Shown here: in pieces, positions 26,988 through 39,125 of the stretch
Layout: each line of letters begins with the position of its first letter
Position numbering within the stretch: position 1 is the stretch's first letter
Assembly: GCA_028534125.1 (NCBI GenBank)
Contig: CM052818.1
Location: forward strand, 23,560,001 to 23,624,000
Length of the DNA: 64,000 nucleotides
DNA from: Lama glama
Lineage: Eukaryota
Direction: 5' to 3'
Translations under genes and position numbers: made by a program
Notes under the pieces: generated by a model
The model's database searches: none
What the model was told of the DNA's origin: nothing
What the model saw: the letters and a program-made list of their open reading frames with translations, nothing else

Positions 26988-27075
26988 AAAGAGAGGGAGG
27001 GACACAAAGGAAGGGGGAGAGAGAGAGGAAGGCAGAGGGAAGAAGGAAGGAAGGAGAGAAACAAAAATTGAGAGG
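26988..27075. repeat. GA-rich polypurine low-complexity tract
   Basis: aaaggaagggggagagagagaggaaggcagagggaagaaggaaggaaggagagaaa. Confidence 0.85.
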
Positions 27076-27574
27076 TAATGTTGTCAATATAAGTTAGTAA
27101 TAGTGTGACTTTCCTGGAGCTGGACATTCAAATATAATGATAAGTGATTGATGAAAACTGAACTGACCAACTTTGTTGACATTAAGAGGCATAAATGCAA
27201 TAACTCACTTTGACATGACTCTTACTCCTTTAGGAATTGGAAATATACAAAGACTTCATAGTTGGTAAAGTGCTACATATCTGGAAAAAAGTGAAAAAAA
27301 TTACCCATCCAGATGTTTGCAAATGTTTGAACAGTTAGAATTGTATAGACATCTATTTGAATTTTCATGTTAGACATATTATGTAAATGTAAAATCTGAG
27401 ACTTAAATCATACAGATATTAACTGTCTGCTGATTATAGGCTAAGGGAACACAAGAGGGGCAATAGAAAATGAAAGACGAAAGGTAGCCTTGAAGTTTGA
27501 ATTTTATTTTGTATTAAATGAAGAATCTTTAAAATTTCTTGAATAATAGAATGCTGCACAATATACGTTTAACG

Positions 27575-28430
27575 TTTTATTTTTAAAAATTTCCTACAGT
27601 ATAATTGGATTTTTCTTATGTACAGTTCTGTTAATCTTAGTACATGTGTAGATTAACGATCACCACAATCAGGCTACAGAACAGTTGCATCACCCTGAAA
27701 ACTCCCTCGGGCTACCCTTTTAGAGTCACAGTGTTACCCTTGGCAACTGCTGACTTGTTTCCAATAACTGTAGTTTTTTTTCCTTTTTGAGAATGTCATA
27801 TAAATGGAATCATAGAGCACATAACTCATAGGGACTAGCTTCTTTCACTCAGCAGATTGCCTTTGTTGTGTGTAGGTTGTTTCTTATTACTGCTGAGTAG
27901 TCATTCCACTGTGTGATGTACCACTGTTTATTAATCTGTTACCTCCTGAAGGACATTTGGGATGTTTTCAGTTTTGGTAATTATGAATAGAGTTACCATA
28001 AACATTCTCATGTACAGATTTTTGTGTGAATATAAGTTTTCATTTCTCTAAGGTAAGTCAGGTAATGAGATTGCTTAAAAATATATAAAGAACTTGATAA
28101 AAAATTATATGAAACTGCCTGTTTTTCAGAATAGCTTTCATATGTCACGTTTTTAGCAGCAGTATATAAGAGTTCTGGTTGCTTTGCATTCTCCCCAACT
28201 TAGTATTTCAATAAAAAAAATGAGCCATTCTTGTATGTGTAGTGATATCTCATTTTGATTTTAATTTGCATTTCTCTAATGGTTAATGATGTTGAACATA
28301 TTTTCTTGTATTTACTTGCCATCCATTTGTATATCTTTTTTGGTGAAGTGTCTGTTCAAGGTTTTTGCCCATTTTAAATTGGGTTGATTGTTTCCTTACT
28401 GTTGAGTTTTGAGAGTACTTTATATTTTTG
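27575..28430 (-). mobile_element. Old LINE-1 3' fragment (L1MB/MC-like)
   Basis: gaatgtcatataaatggaatcata, gaaggacatttgggatgttttcagtttt, ttttaatttgcatttctctaatggttaatgatgttgaaca. Confidence 0.88.
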
Positions 28431-28674
28431 AAAGCACTGACATTGGTATTAATGCAGTCAGTGGATTAGGCAAAAATAAAGACAGAGAAAGAAGGGAGGG
28501 AGCAGTAATTGGTTTTCTATTATGCATGACTTCTTACATTGTGAACTGTTATTATGTTAATCTGTTAATGTTTTCCATCAGTGCTTATTTCTTGTCTCCG
28601 TATCTTCTTGAATAATGGATCTGATATACTGGTTTTGATAGATTGAAGCTTAATTATAGCTTGTGTACTTGATT

Positions 28675-28790
28675 CTCCCAACAACAGTCATATATTACCA
28701 CTCACACGTTAAAGATGAGGAAACTAAAGGGCGCAGAGACCAGCTCTTGTCCAAGGTCACTTAGATGAGTGAGCTGGGACAGGAAACCAG
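28675..28790 (-). mobile_element. MIR remnant
   Basis: agatgaggaaactaa...cttgtccaaggtcac. Confidence 0.65.
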
Positions 28791-31700
28791 CAACGTGGTT
28801 TCCACCCCATATCCTTTTTTCATGGTCCTAGAACAGCTTGAAAGGTGGAATCTATTCCATTGTCTGCATGTAATACTTCTGGTCACAGTTCAGGAGGGCA
28901 GAAACCATGTGAGTAGACTGTTCCCTAACCATTTACACCAAATACATGTATATGGTATATATTTTTGGTGATGGTGTAAGTGTCTTGGGTATTTTGGGGC
29001 GGCAAACTTAAGACTTGATTTCCAGTGTTCAACTCCAAACTCACATGAGTTCCTCATTCATATTTTAACCATGTGCTAGCTAATAGCTATTTTCTTTTTT
29101 ACAATTAGACGGTCATAAATTTTTCCTCATAAAGAAGCGCCAAGTAAAGTTAATTTTTATTAAAATAGAAAGTTCTGTACAAATTAGTAAACTTATATGT
29201 AAAACTAGTTATTGTTTAAAAATAAAATATAACTGGAACCACTGCATAGCCCAATAAATTGGAACATTATTCTAAGTTTGGATGTGAATTATACAAAATG
29301 ACGTGAAGAAAATCATTTTTTCCAAACCTAGCAGATGTTATTATGCCTCTCAAATTGATTTCCATTTTATTTACTTCTTTATTTATGTTTTTACTCTTCT
29401 GAATACAGATTTCCCCAACTGGTATTTGCGGCCTTTGGAAAGTCATTTAGCTGTTCCCAAGGACAGAGATAGTATCACAAACTTTGGCTAGTGCTGTCCA
29501 CATAGCTAAGTGGAAGGACTGGGAGGTTGCCCTCCATGACTGACCCCTACGTTGGGTTACACCTCCATTCTTTACGGACCAAGGAAAAGTGTTTTCCCCT
29601 GCCCCTCACTGGAGAATTACGGAATTATAGAGGAGTCTTTGCACATGATTAGACCATGAAATTTGAAGGAGTGTTAAAATTACTTGGGCTTAGGAAAGCT
29701 TTTCTAGGAATATTGCCCTGGCAAAGGTGAGGTATTTTCATCAGATTTATTAGCCAAGAGAGAAAAGCTTATTTTAATGTTCCCACTGGCCCTGTAAGTT
29801 ATTTCTCTCTCTCTGCCATGGAGGGAAATAATTAAATTATTGACGTTTGTTGGCCCATATGCGCGACTGCTTTTTCATTTATATTGTTCATACACCCAAT
29901 GTAAATATTCCAGACTTCAAATAAATCAGTGACTCAGGACCAGAGATACATTAGCTGGTCCTGATGCCAATGTTTTAATTCCCTCCGAGGAAAGTGGCAG
30001 GGAATTGATTTTATCTGCTGCCAGCATTAATCCCAGTGTGATTAAGTTCAGAATATTTAAGTATGTATTTCCAGGGTTTGAAAATTCCCCTCCCTAGGAT
30101 TGCTTCAGAAATGTAAACCAGTCTTTCCTTAATTACTGTCCCTCTGCGCAGTACTGAAGGGCGAATACAAAGGCTCACCTGTCGCATTACTGACCCTGTG
30201 TGCCGCCTGCCTGGCATGCCTGGGGAAGTGGGGTGGCCAGGGAGAAGGAGTAGAGACCTGTTTTCCTGAAGTCCTGCTCTAAATATGATCTTGAAAAAAA
30301 AAGTCTTCTCTTTCCATTCAGCTTCTATTTCAGAGTCCCTTGTTCTGGTGTCAGATAAGTTCCATCTGAGAGTCCATGCAACGTGGATATCATGTAAATG
30401 TTGTTGGGCATTTTGTCCCCCTTCCTCCCTCCCAAAAGATTTCATGATCCCAATATTGGGTGAACATATGTCCAGATTATATTGAAAGCTATAAAGTTAA
30501 AAAAAAAAGAGTTTTGTTGAAATAAGATTTAAAGGATGTCGTTCTGGAAACATTGGAGAACATCTAAATGAAATTTTAATAAGAACATTCTTTTGTGTTT
30601 CCTTAGCTGACAAAGCACTTATAGATGATCCTTCAACTCTCTGAGATGTTAGGGACGGAAAGAGCACGGAGTGTTGATTTCCACAGATAACCGTTCATTT
30701 CATTTTGCTACCTTGACAAACTTTGCAGTAGAACTGCTAAAAAGCAGAGAACTGAGTGATTTGAGATCTCTCTAAAGCCACTGGAGAAAGTATAAATTGC
30801 ACTGTGTCCTGCCAAGGAGCCACTGATGCAATAATCAAGGACAAATCCTTTCTCATTCCCTTTTAGATGACAGCAAAAAAAACATTTCTCATGGGCTATT
30901 GCAACATCCTTGAGTGGCTTTGATTTGCAGTGGGAAGTTGGGGGATCACACTGACCTGAGTGGGGGAAAGCTTGATGTTCCAGGGAAGTTGTTTTACTCC
31001 TCGGTACTTAAGTTATGTAGTACAGCACAGCACTTAACAGTGTTCTTCATAAAGTGCTTCCCCAGTGAATTTGCAGGGGATCTCTGTTTCATCATCAAAA
31101 TTTGTAAACTATTCAGAACTCCTTCTACAAGCTCTGGCCAAGTAATAAGAGTCCAAAGGAGAGAATACCCCAAACAGCGTGCTTTCTTTAATGAAAATAT
31201 TTTGGATATTTTAATGATAACAAGTCACTGATCGTATCCTTTTATTTAAAATGTTTTAGGGTTTTCATAATCCTATGGACAAGAGGGATCATAACCAAAT
31301 GTAGTCATTTTTAAGGGGAATTAAAGGGCATGGATCATTCTATATCTAAAACCAGTGTCACGTTGTTTAATGCACAGGGAACCAGATAATGGGAGAATTA
31401 ATTTCTTGGCAAAATGCGTAATGCGATAAAATAAAAGAAGAGAATTGGCCTTAGAATGAGGTCATGTCCACAACATTGTGGGGCAAGCAGTTCGTACGCT
31501 ATTTGTCCAGTGTGTCAGAAAATTTACAAGCAAAGTGGCAGTTTTAAATTTCTGCCTTTCCCCCATGTCCTGCTACTAAGTCTACGCAAATGCCTCACAG
31601 TCTTGGTGTCAAATAAATGCAGTCTCACTTGACTTTGGGGGAATATTAAATAATCTTTTCAGTACATGGAGTGCTCACACAGAGCCCCCAGGCCTGGAAT

Positions 31701-31831
31701 CTCACCAATTTACTTCATCAAAATGTTGTCTTGCTCCTTTTGAGCATTACAGAATTTAGCCAGTTTGAAAACAGTTTTGCAGTTGGTTTGCAGCGTCGTT
31801 TTTTATTCTGGTGGATTAAGATATGCATGCG

Positions 31832-31863
<32 letters not shown>

Positions 31864-31866
31864 CAC
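31832..31866. repeat. (CA)n microsatellite, one interruption
   Basis: Seen directly. Confidence 0.95.
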
Positions 31867-32998
31867 TAATTTAGAGCATGAATTCTTTCTACTTCTATAA
31901 TAATAATGTTACATCATTATTATTATTATTTAGTGTTGTTAACATTGCTGTGGTCAATGTATACACAGAGGAAAGACCATGGCGGTGTTGATGGGGATGG
32001 TGCAGAGAGATGCCCTGTATATAATGCATCACATTTTCCAGCTTCAGTTCACATTGCGACCCCAATTAAAACAGACTCCTGAACTTTGTGAAGCTTTTGT
32101 TTAGATTCTGAGCCTGGGTTTGGCTAATTTTCCTTGGTGACTGCTCTGCTACAGTCCTTAACATTCGATTTTAGCCACCTTTGGCTGTAGTGGGAGCTGG
32201 TAATCTCAGCGTTGGGACAGTGCCCTGAGACTCCTTAGATCAGCAAAGTGTATTTACATATTTACACAGATATTTCAGATTTCCAACCTGATGTGCCGAC
32301 CTCACCCTCTTTCCCCAATTTCCTATTACTTTAAATCTGTTCTTTTCTGGCCAAATTTTATGTGGACAAGATCTGGTTTCTTTGCTAGCCTTTCAGAAAC
32401 TTTATAGAGAATAAAAGTTTAATCAGTTTTGCTCTTTAGGAGAAAAATTCCAATAATGGAAATGGCAGGTTTCTATAGTGACACATTGTGTTTTCTACAT
32501 TTTACAAGAGCTAAGCTCTTAAGCAAGAAGGAACAGAAATGGTTTTTATTAATATTCATATAACTTCCTAGTCACAGTAAAGCACATTCAAATTTAATCA
32601 ACTAGTTAGCAAATGAATACATGTAATGTTAATTCTCCAGTCATGCTGTTCATACTTGGATCTCCACTCTAGTGTTTCTTTCTTTACTTGGAGGATAAAA
32701 AAATGCCTGCCTTCAGCATTGTGTTGGTGTGCCGTCTTCACAGCCTAATACCTTACGGAACGTTAGTTCCCCTAAATTATAATTAAGTAGGTTTTCAAGT
32801 TGCTTCTGTAATGTTATCATCTGTAAGAAACATGCAACATAAGTTTAAATAAGTAGAATAGTAAATGAGTTTTCCTGCTCACACTACTTTAAAATTGGGG
32901 CCAAACTTGCTGTTTGCCCCTGAAATCTTAATTCTTCAGCCACTGGAGGGTTTTGTAGACTATACCATTATCACCAAAGTAGACACCTCTAATCTAGG

Positions 32999-33196
32999 AT
33001 GACGGCTGTCAATCAGGGGCGATTTTGGCCCCCTTCCCTGGAGGGCAGGTGGCAGTGTCTGGAGAACTTTTCGGTGGTCATAACAGGGGGTTGCTACTGG
33101 CATCTGGTGAGTAGAAGCCAGGGATGCTGCCGAAGAAGCTACACTGCACAAGCCATCCCTCCTCCTCCCCCCACCCCATCCCCAGCACAGGCACAG

Positions 33197-33228
<32 letters not shown>

Positions 33229-33335
33229 CAGACACACACATTATACCCAGACACACACATAACCAGACACACACACACATCCCCCCAAAACTATTTGGTT
33301 CAACGTGTAAACAGAGCCATGATTAAGAAATCATC
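32999..33335 (+). mobile_element. MER20 hAT-Charlie MITE with internal compound (CA)n expansion
   Basis: ggggcgattttggcccc, tgctactggcatctggtgagtagaagccagggatgctgc; CA tract at ~33185-33280. Confidence 0.88.
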
Positions 33336-34836
33336 TAGGACAATATTTCTGCATTTTGTGGTAAATCAGTTGGGTAACCAAGATACGTTAAGTTACCAAG
33401 GAGTCTTAACATTCACTCCTTTGATTGTGGAACCAAAAAAGATACTATTGATTGTATATGAATTTTAATTTCATGTCTTTGTCAGGGAGGAAAATGTAGA
33501 ACAATAAAAAAAAGCAAAAAAAAATTGAAACATTTTGTTTTCATTAATAGATCAAACTTGTTTTCATGTGTAAATTCTCCCAAGGTTCTTCAGGTCAGCT
33601 TGAATAGACAGCTGGGGAGAAGAAAATGTCAGTGTAATTCTCCGTGACATCCTCTTCAAGGCTCTGTTGAAGGGGTACAACTTAAGAAAATGTGTTGTAA
33701 CGTTGTTTCCCAGAATGGGAGTATTTGTCAAGACTGAAAAGGTTATTTGATTAAACTGTACCCATCCTCAGAGTATTATATATTTCCTCTCTTTCCCCAA
33801 ATGAAATTGATGGATATCTTTTTTTTTTCACCTGGAGCTCTTAAAGAGTTAAATATTTTAAAGTTTGTTGATAGTTCTACTTAATCATTATCAATACATA
33901 TGAAATTTTTAAAAAATTGTACTTTTAAACAACTCTGAAGTTGGAGGTAAATGCTCCACAGATACAAAATATTAAAACTCAGTTTACTCACAAACAAAGC
34001 TGATTCCATCAAATAGGAGGCAAGGACCTCAGCTACCATGAAATTAGCTCTAGTTCCCAAACCTGGAACAATCCACTGGACAAAAGAGGAATTCAGGAAA
34101 TATTAGGGAAATTAACATACTCAAGTTAGTTGTGCCAGTCTGTGGACTGTTATGTAAAAGTGCCTATATTTAAGCAAGTAAAACATGCATTCATAAGAGG
34201 CTACTTAGAATAAGAAGCAGAATCAGTCTACAAATTTTGCTGTATATTAAAAAACCTAGAATAAGCAAGTCTACGGTAGTAGCTTATCTAATTTAAGAAC
34301 GTTTTAAGTGCATGTGGCCCGTATTTGCTATTGAGACCACTTTTTCTTGCTTTCTTTACCCAGAAATCTTGGGTGGGTTATAGGCTGTAGACATTTATCA
34401 CAGTGAGAGTAAACAGTGAAACTTACACTCCCTTTGCCACAACACCCCCCATCCTGTGTACTGTAGAGTGACAGCTGCCACAACATGACATTTATGCACA
34501 CAAAACAAAGTCTCACCCAAACTGGAAATACTCCAAATTTTTCAAATGTATTTTTATCCATTTTAAAGATTATTCCTTTGGCTCTTTTTAAAGTTTTATT
34601 TATGCGTTCACTTTTGAAGTGCCTTTGATTAATTTATTTTTACACCTGGAAAATTGTAACTCAAAGTGGGCTAGGCACAATTAGAACTTACTTGGATACT
34701 TCATCATAAATGAGTGAATGGACAATAACTTTACTCTCGAAGTTGTAACTTCCACCTGTGGACTGATGACTCCCACTTTATGACTCCAGTCCTGCCCCCT
34801 CAAGTGGCTCCAATGCTGCTTCTCTAATTTTCTACT

Positions 34837-35337
34837 NNNNNNNNNNNNNNNNNNNNNNNNNNNNNNNNNNNNNNNNNNNNNNNNNNNNNNNNNNNNNNNN
34901 NNNNNNNNNNNNNNNNNNNNNNNNNNNNNNNNNNNNNNNNNNNNNNNNNNNNNNNNNNNNNNNNNNNNNNNNNNNNNNNNNNNNNNNNNNNNNNNNNNNN
35001 NNNNNNNNNNNNNNNNNNNNNNNNNNNNNNNNNNNNNNNNNNNNNNNNNNNNNNNNNNNNNNNNNNNNNNNNNNNNNNNNNNNNNNNNNNNNNNNNNNNN
35101 NNNNNNNNNNNNNNNNNNNNNNNNNNNNNNNNNNNNNNNNNNNNNNNNNNNNNNNNNNNNNNNNNNNNNNNNNNNNNNNNNNNNNNNNNNNNNNNNNNNN
35201 NNNNNNNNNNNNNNNNNNNNNNNNNNNNNNNNNNNNNNNNNNNNNNNNNNNNNNNNNNNNNNNNNNNNNNNNNNNNNNNNNNNNNNNNNNNNNNNNNNNN
35301 NNNNNNNNNNNNNNNNNNNNNNNNNNNNNNNNNNNNA
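34837..35337. other. Assembly gap (501 N); other gaps at 15135-15262, 19153-19280, 60234-60424, 60965-61098, 61173-61322
   Basis: N runs. Confidence 0.99.
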
Positions 35338-35411
35338 AAAAAAAATGGCCCATTGAAAACACTATTCTTCCTGAACAGCAGATGAACATACAAGTGGCTG
35401 TTATAACAGTG

Positions 35412-35896
35412 TGTATCATTCAACAACTATTTCAGTCCTTCCTACTATTACTTTCTGTAGTATCCTTGTTGGAGAGCTAAAAGCATCATTTCTCAGATGT
35501 CACTGTGGCTCAGGTTCTGGATATGATTGAGGTTCTGCCAATGAATAGAATTGTGAATTCAGAACAGAATTAAGTGGAGAGAGGGGCAATGCTGTGCAGT
35601 GATCCTTTTTGCTGGCGTTGCTGTAGCCAAAGTGGCCTGGCGTCAGAGTCAGCAGTTCTGGCAGTAGCTTTTGGACATCCAGCTCATGACCTTGGTGGTG
35701 TGATGCTGGAACCAGCAGTTGTCACAATGACTTCAAAACCTAGCAATCTTCTGGCAATAGCAGAGATAGCTATTTCCCTGCAGGAACAATTCTGGGGTGT
35801 TCTGGGAGTCAACTTCGGAGCATAAAAACACTTAGTTCTCTCTACTAAATCTCTTTAATCTTAGACTAGTTCCTGAAACTGAGTCCTAACTAATAA
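35412..35896 (+). mobile_element. Old ERVL-type solo LTR (LTR33/LTR16-like)
   Basis: Resemblance in tttctcagatgtcactgtggc...tgaggttctgccaatga and the terminus ctaaatctcttt...aactgagtcctaactaata. Confidence 0.5.
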
Positions 35897-36809
35897 ATTA
35901 GAAGGGGAAATACCCTAAGGAAAACACCTTGAAAATTTGATGTGTATTCTCCTGAAATTCCTAAGCCAGAGAATTCATTGTAGAACATCCCGAACTATTG
36001 AACTACCAATATATAGCAGCCTTCAAATTGCTGAGTAACTTGGCTGTTTCTCCTCCAGTCTCTGATGTCATGGTCCTTAGAGAGTCAGTCTCAAATCCAT
36101 CCTTCCCTTCCTAGCTTGCTCCTACCTCTTCTCTTTTGTTCACCTGTTTTCAGTGATTGTAGCAGCTACTGCCATATCAATCAAAGCACGCCACCTCTCT
36201 TAATTCTGCAACCTGAAGTACAGAGGGATGGTTTAGACTTTTTAAGGCAATGTTAGGACCGGACTCAGGCCTGTCATCTTGGCTCAAGGTAAAGACAAAT
36301 AGGGCCATCTTTCCACAAAAATAGTTCCTTGTCATGAAGCTTTGGGGTCTGATAGAGGCGCTGGCAACTTTGCTTTCACGTGGACACTGTTCCTAGCTCT
36401 TTGCTATTACAGTTTCCTGGGGAAGGTGAGTTCTTACAAAATCCTTGGAGAAAAAGAGGACTGTATGCCATTACAAGGGTCAATAGTTTAGCTCGGCCAA
36501 GACCTAGTGGGGACCTGGAGTTTGATGCTACAAGAACGGTTGCCTCAGCCAAACCTAGAAGATGAAAGCGTAATTTAGGTTGGTCCCAAGGCAAAGGGAC
36601 CTACAGGGTTAAGACAGAGAAAGTGATGGGTTGCTTGTCACAACCTGTCACAGCAAGATAGGAAGGTTATTTATGAATGGAAGGGTAAAAATCTTTCAAA
36701 GGACCATGTGTGTTGGCATAGAAAGGCATGCTCATGTTTGTCTCAGGCCTTTGCATTTAACTGCAGAGTCTTCCCAACAGTTGGCTTCTCTCCTATCAGG
36801 AGCAGTATT

Positions 36810-37055
36810 GGGTAATAATTAAGAACATGAGCTCTGGTGACCGACTACCTCCAAATGCCAGTTTCACCTGTCAGCAGGTCTGTGACCCAGGGCACCAGAT
36901 TCATGACTCTGCTGTGTCTCAGTTTCCACAGTTGTAAATAAGGATAACAGCAGCAATTCTCTTACAGGGTTGTGGTGAGGTTTATGTGGGTGATTACATG
37001 TAAAGCAGTCAGAATAGTGCCTCGTGTACACACGTAAATGTTTGATATTATTATC
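36810..37055 (+). mobile_element. MIR SINE
   Basis: tgtgacccagggca...gtctcagtttccacagttgtaaa...cagggttgtggtgagg...tgtaaagca. Confidence 0.85.
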
Positions 37056-37204
37056 ATTGAGATCTTGGTTCCCTCCTCAGCAGCCCTGGATGATAATTAT
37101 ATCTAAGAAGTGATCCCCTCCTGGCATTGTCTATCATGGCACCCTCAGTTGCTGTCTCCCCAGTGCTATTTAAAAATTTATCCCCCCATCCACATGTACA
37201 ACTA

Positions 37205-37443
37205 AACTGTTCAAACTGAAAGTTATGACTTACTCATACGTTGTGAAATGAATTTAACAGAACGTGCACAAAAAAATGAAAGAGAATAGAATAGAAAACA
37301 TGTGACTGTGTTTTTAAGTAAAAATAGCAAGCACTGCTTTGAGAAATTTTTGCTTCAGTTATTTAAATAGGTGCGTGTCTGGGTCACAAAGGGTCCATGT
37401 ATTTCTTACTGTAGGTCACAGCCAGTAAGGTTGAAAATCACAC
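37205..37443. mobile_element. hAT-Charlie-type MITE inserted in an L2 3' remnant (L2 tail continues to ~37565)
   Basis: Degenerate TIR-like ends ttcaaact.../...ggttgaaaatcac and tgtatttcttactgtaggtcac; flanked by L2 tail ...aataaagatttgctaaatgaatgaa. Confidence 0.6.
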
Positions 37444-38106
37444 AGGAAGGAAGGTTTGTGAGAGCAGGAACCTTCTGTGTTTTGTGCATCAGAGTATCCC
37501 TAACACCTGAAAGGGTGCCCAACACAGAAAAGTTACTTAATAAAGATTTGCTAAATGAATGAAAAAAAGAGAAGGGCGAGGACTTGCAATTGAGGAATTC
37601 ACTTATTTAATCAACATTTGTTGAGGGATTAGTATGATCTGGGTGCCATGATGGCACTGTGGAAACTGAGATCAAAAAAAAAAAAAAAAAACGTTTAATG
37701 TTCTCTCTCCCTTACTCACTGTGCATTTTTGGATGGAAAGTTACTATCCCGTCCATGTAAGGAACATATACCTTATAGCACCTAGTACAGTGCAGAGCAC
37801 GTTTGGGCTTAATAGTTGATTCATGCATACATGAAGTAATGGTTAACTCAAGGTTGCAGGATTACCTTAATTTTTCAGTAGTCACTCAACAGTCTGCCTT
37901 GCTAAGGTTTGTGGGCCTTAGAATTAAGGTTCCATTTTTTGTGACAATTTAATAATGAATTGACTTAATCATTTTTCTTTTATATACATAGCTGTTCGTC
38001 CAAGATCAAAATTGTAGCAAATTAACAGAGATTGATATGCAACACATTTCAAGCATATATACGTTAAGCTTTTGGGGTTGATTGCAAGGAAATATAGTCC
38101 CTGAAC

Positions 38107-38281
38107 CCGGGTTTCTTAACTTTGGCACTGTTGACATTTTGGCCTGGATAATTCTTTGTTGAGGAACTGTCCTGTGCATTGTAGGATATTTTGCAGCATT
38201 TATGGCTTACACCCTCCATGCCCATAATGCGTCCCTCGTACCTCCTGGAGCTGATGAATTGCTCCCAGTTGAGAACCACTG
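38107..38281 (-). mobile_element. MER20, internally deleted
   Basis: gggtttcttaactttggcactgttgacattttggcctggataattctttgtt...cagttgagaaccactg. Confidence 0.88.
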
Positions 38282-38339
38282 ATCTATCCCTCCAGTCATT
38301 TTAAAGTCATTCCCCACTCCCAGAGGTCTACCAAGAACT

Positions 38340-38776
38340 AACGTAGTGTTGTGGATCAATTACACTTCAAAAACAAACAAATGAACAAACTCACAGAAAA
38401 AGAGAGGAGATTTGTGATTACTCGAGGTGGGGGCTGGGAGGGGGGAACTGAAGGAAGTCAGTCACAGACTGTGAAGGCACAGTCTTCCGGTTATAAGATA
38501 AAGAGGTACTAGGGGTGTAATGTACAATGTGATAAGCATAATGAACACTGCTGTGTGTTATATATGAAAGTTGTTAGGAGAGTAAATCCTAAGAGTTCTC
38601 ATCACAAGGAAGTATTTCTCTTTTATTTGGTATCTGTATGAGATGATGGATGTTTGCTAAATTTACTGTGGTATTTCATGGCATGTACAAAGCAAATCAT
38701 GGTGCTGTACACCTTAAACTTGCTCAGTGCTGTATGTAAGTTATCTCTCAATAAAACTGGAAGGAAAAAAATAAAA
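38340..38776 (+). mobile_element. LINE-1 3'UTR fragment (L1MA9-like)
   Basis: gttataagataaa...agagtaaatcctaagagttctcatcacaag...tgtacaccttaaactt...ctcaataaaactgg plus A tail. Confidence 0.9.
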
Positions 38777-38959
38777 GGGGGCATCACCTAAGAGCTCTTC
38801 AGGCAGAGTCTGGAGATGAATTGTCAGATACAGAAGCTTGTGGAGGGGTCCTATGTGAGGAGAGACATTGCCTGCACCAAAGAAACTGCTCTGATACTTC
38901 TAGTGGGGATTGCCTAAAGTAATACAAAGGTACCCCACGAGAGAGACTTGGTTTGAGTA

Positions 38960-39125
38960 GAGGTAATGCCTGACACACATACTGAGCATCGACCTCTGTC
39001 TCAAGAACTACAGATGCCTTACTTATATTAACTCAGTTCTCAGTGCATGGGGGAGATTAAAGCTTAGAGAAGTTAACTGCCCAATTCACGTAGCTGGTCA
39101 GTAGCTGGCCGTGTCTCAATCATAG
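38960..39125 (-). mobile_element. MIR remnant
   Basis: tactgagcat...agcttagagaagttaactgccc...cacgtagctggt. Confidence 0.6.

Noticed and set aside
34824-35426. 195-200 aa ORFs (and similar ones at 15023-15394, 18953-19294, 60153-61439)
   Set aside because: Their length comes from reading through N gaps.
36413-36425. Possible 13-nt plus-strand micro-exon (ttacAG|tttcctggggaag|GTGAGT)
   Set aside because: It is frame-shifting, has no gene context and cannot be distinguished from chance.
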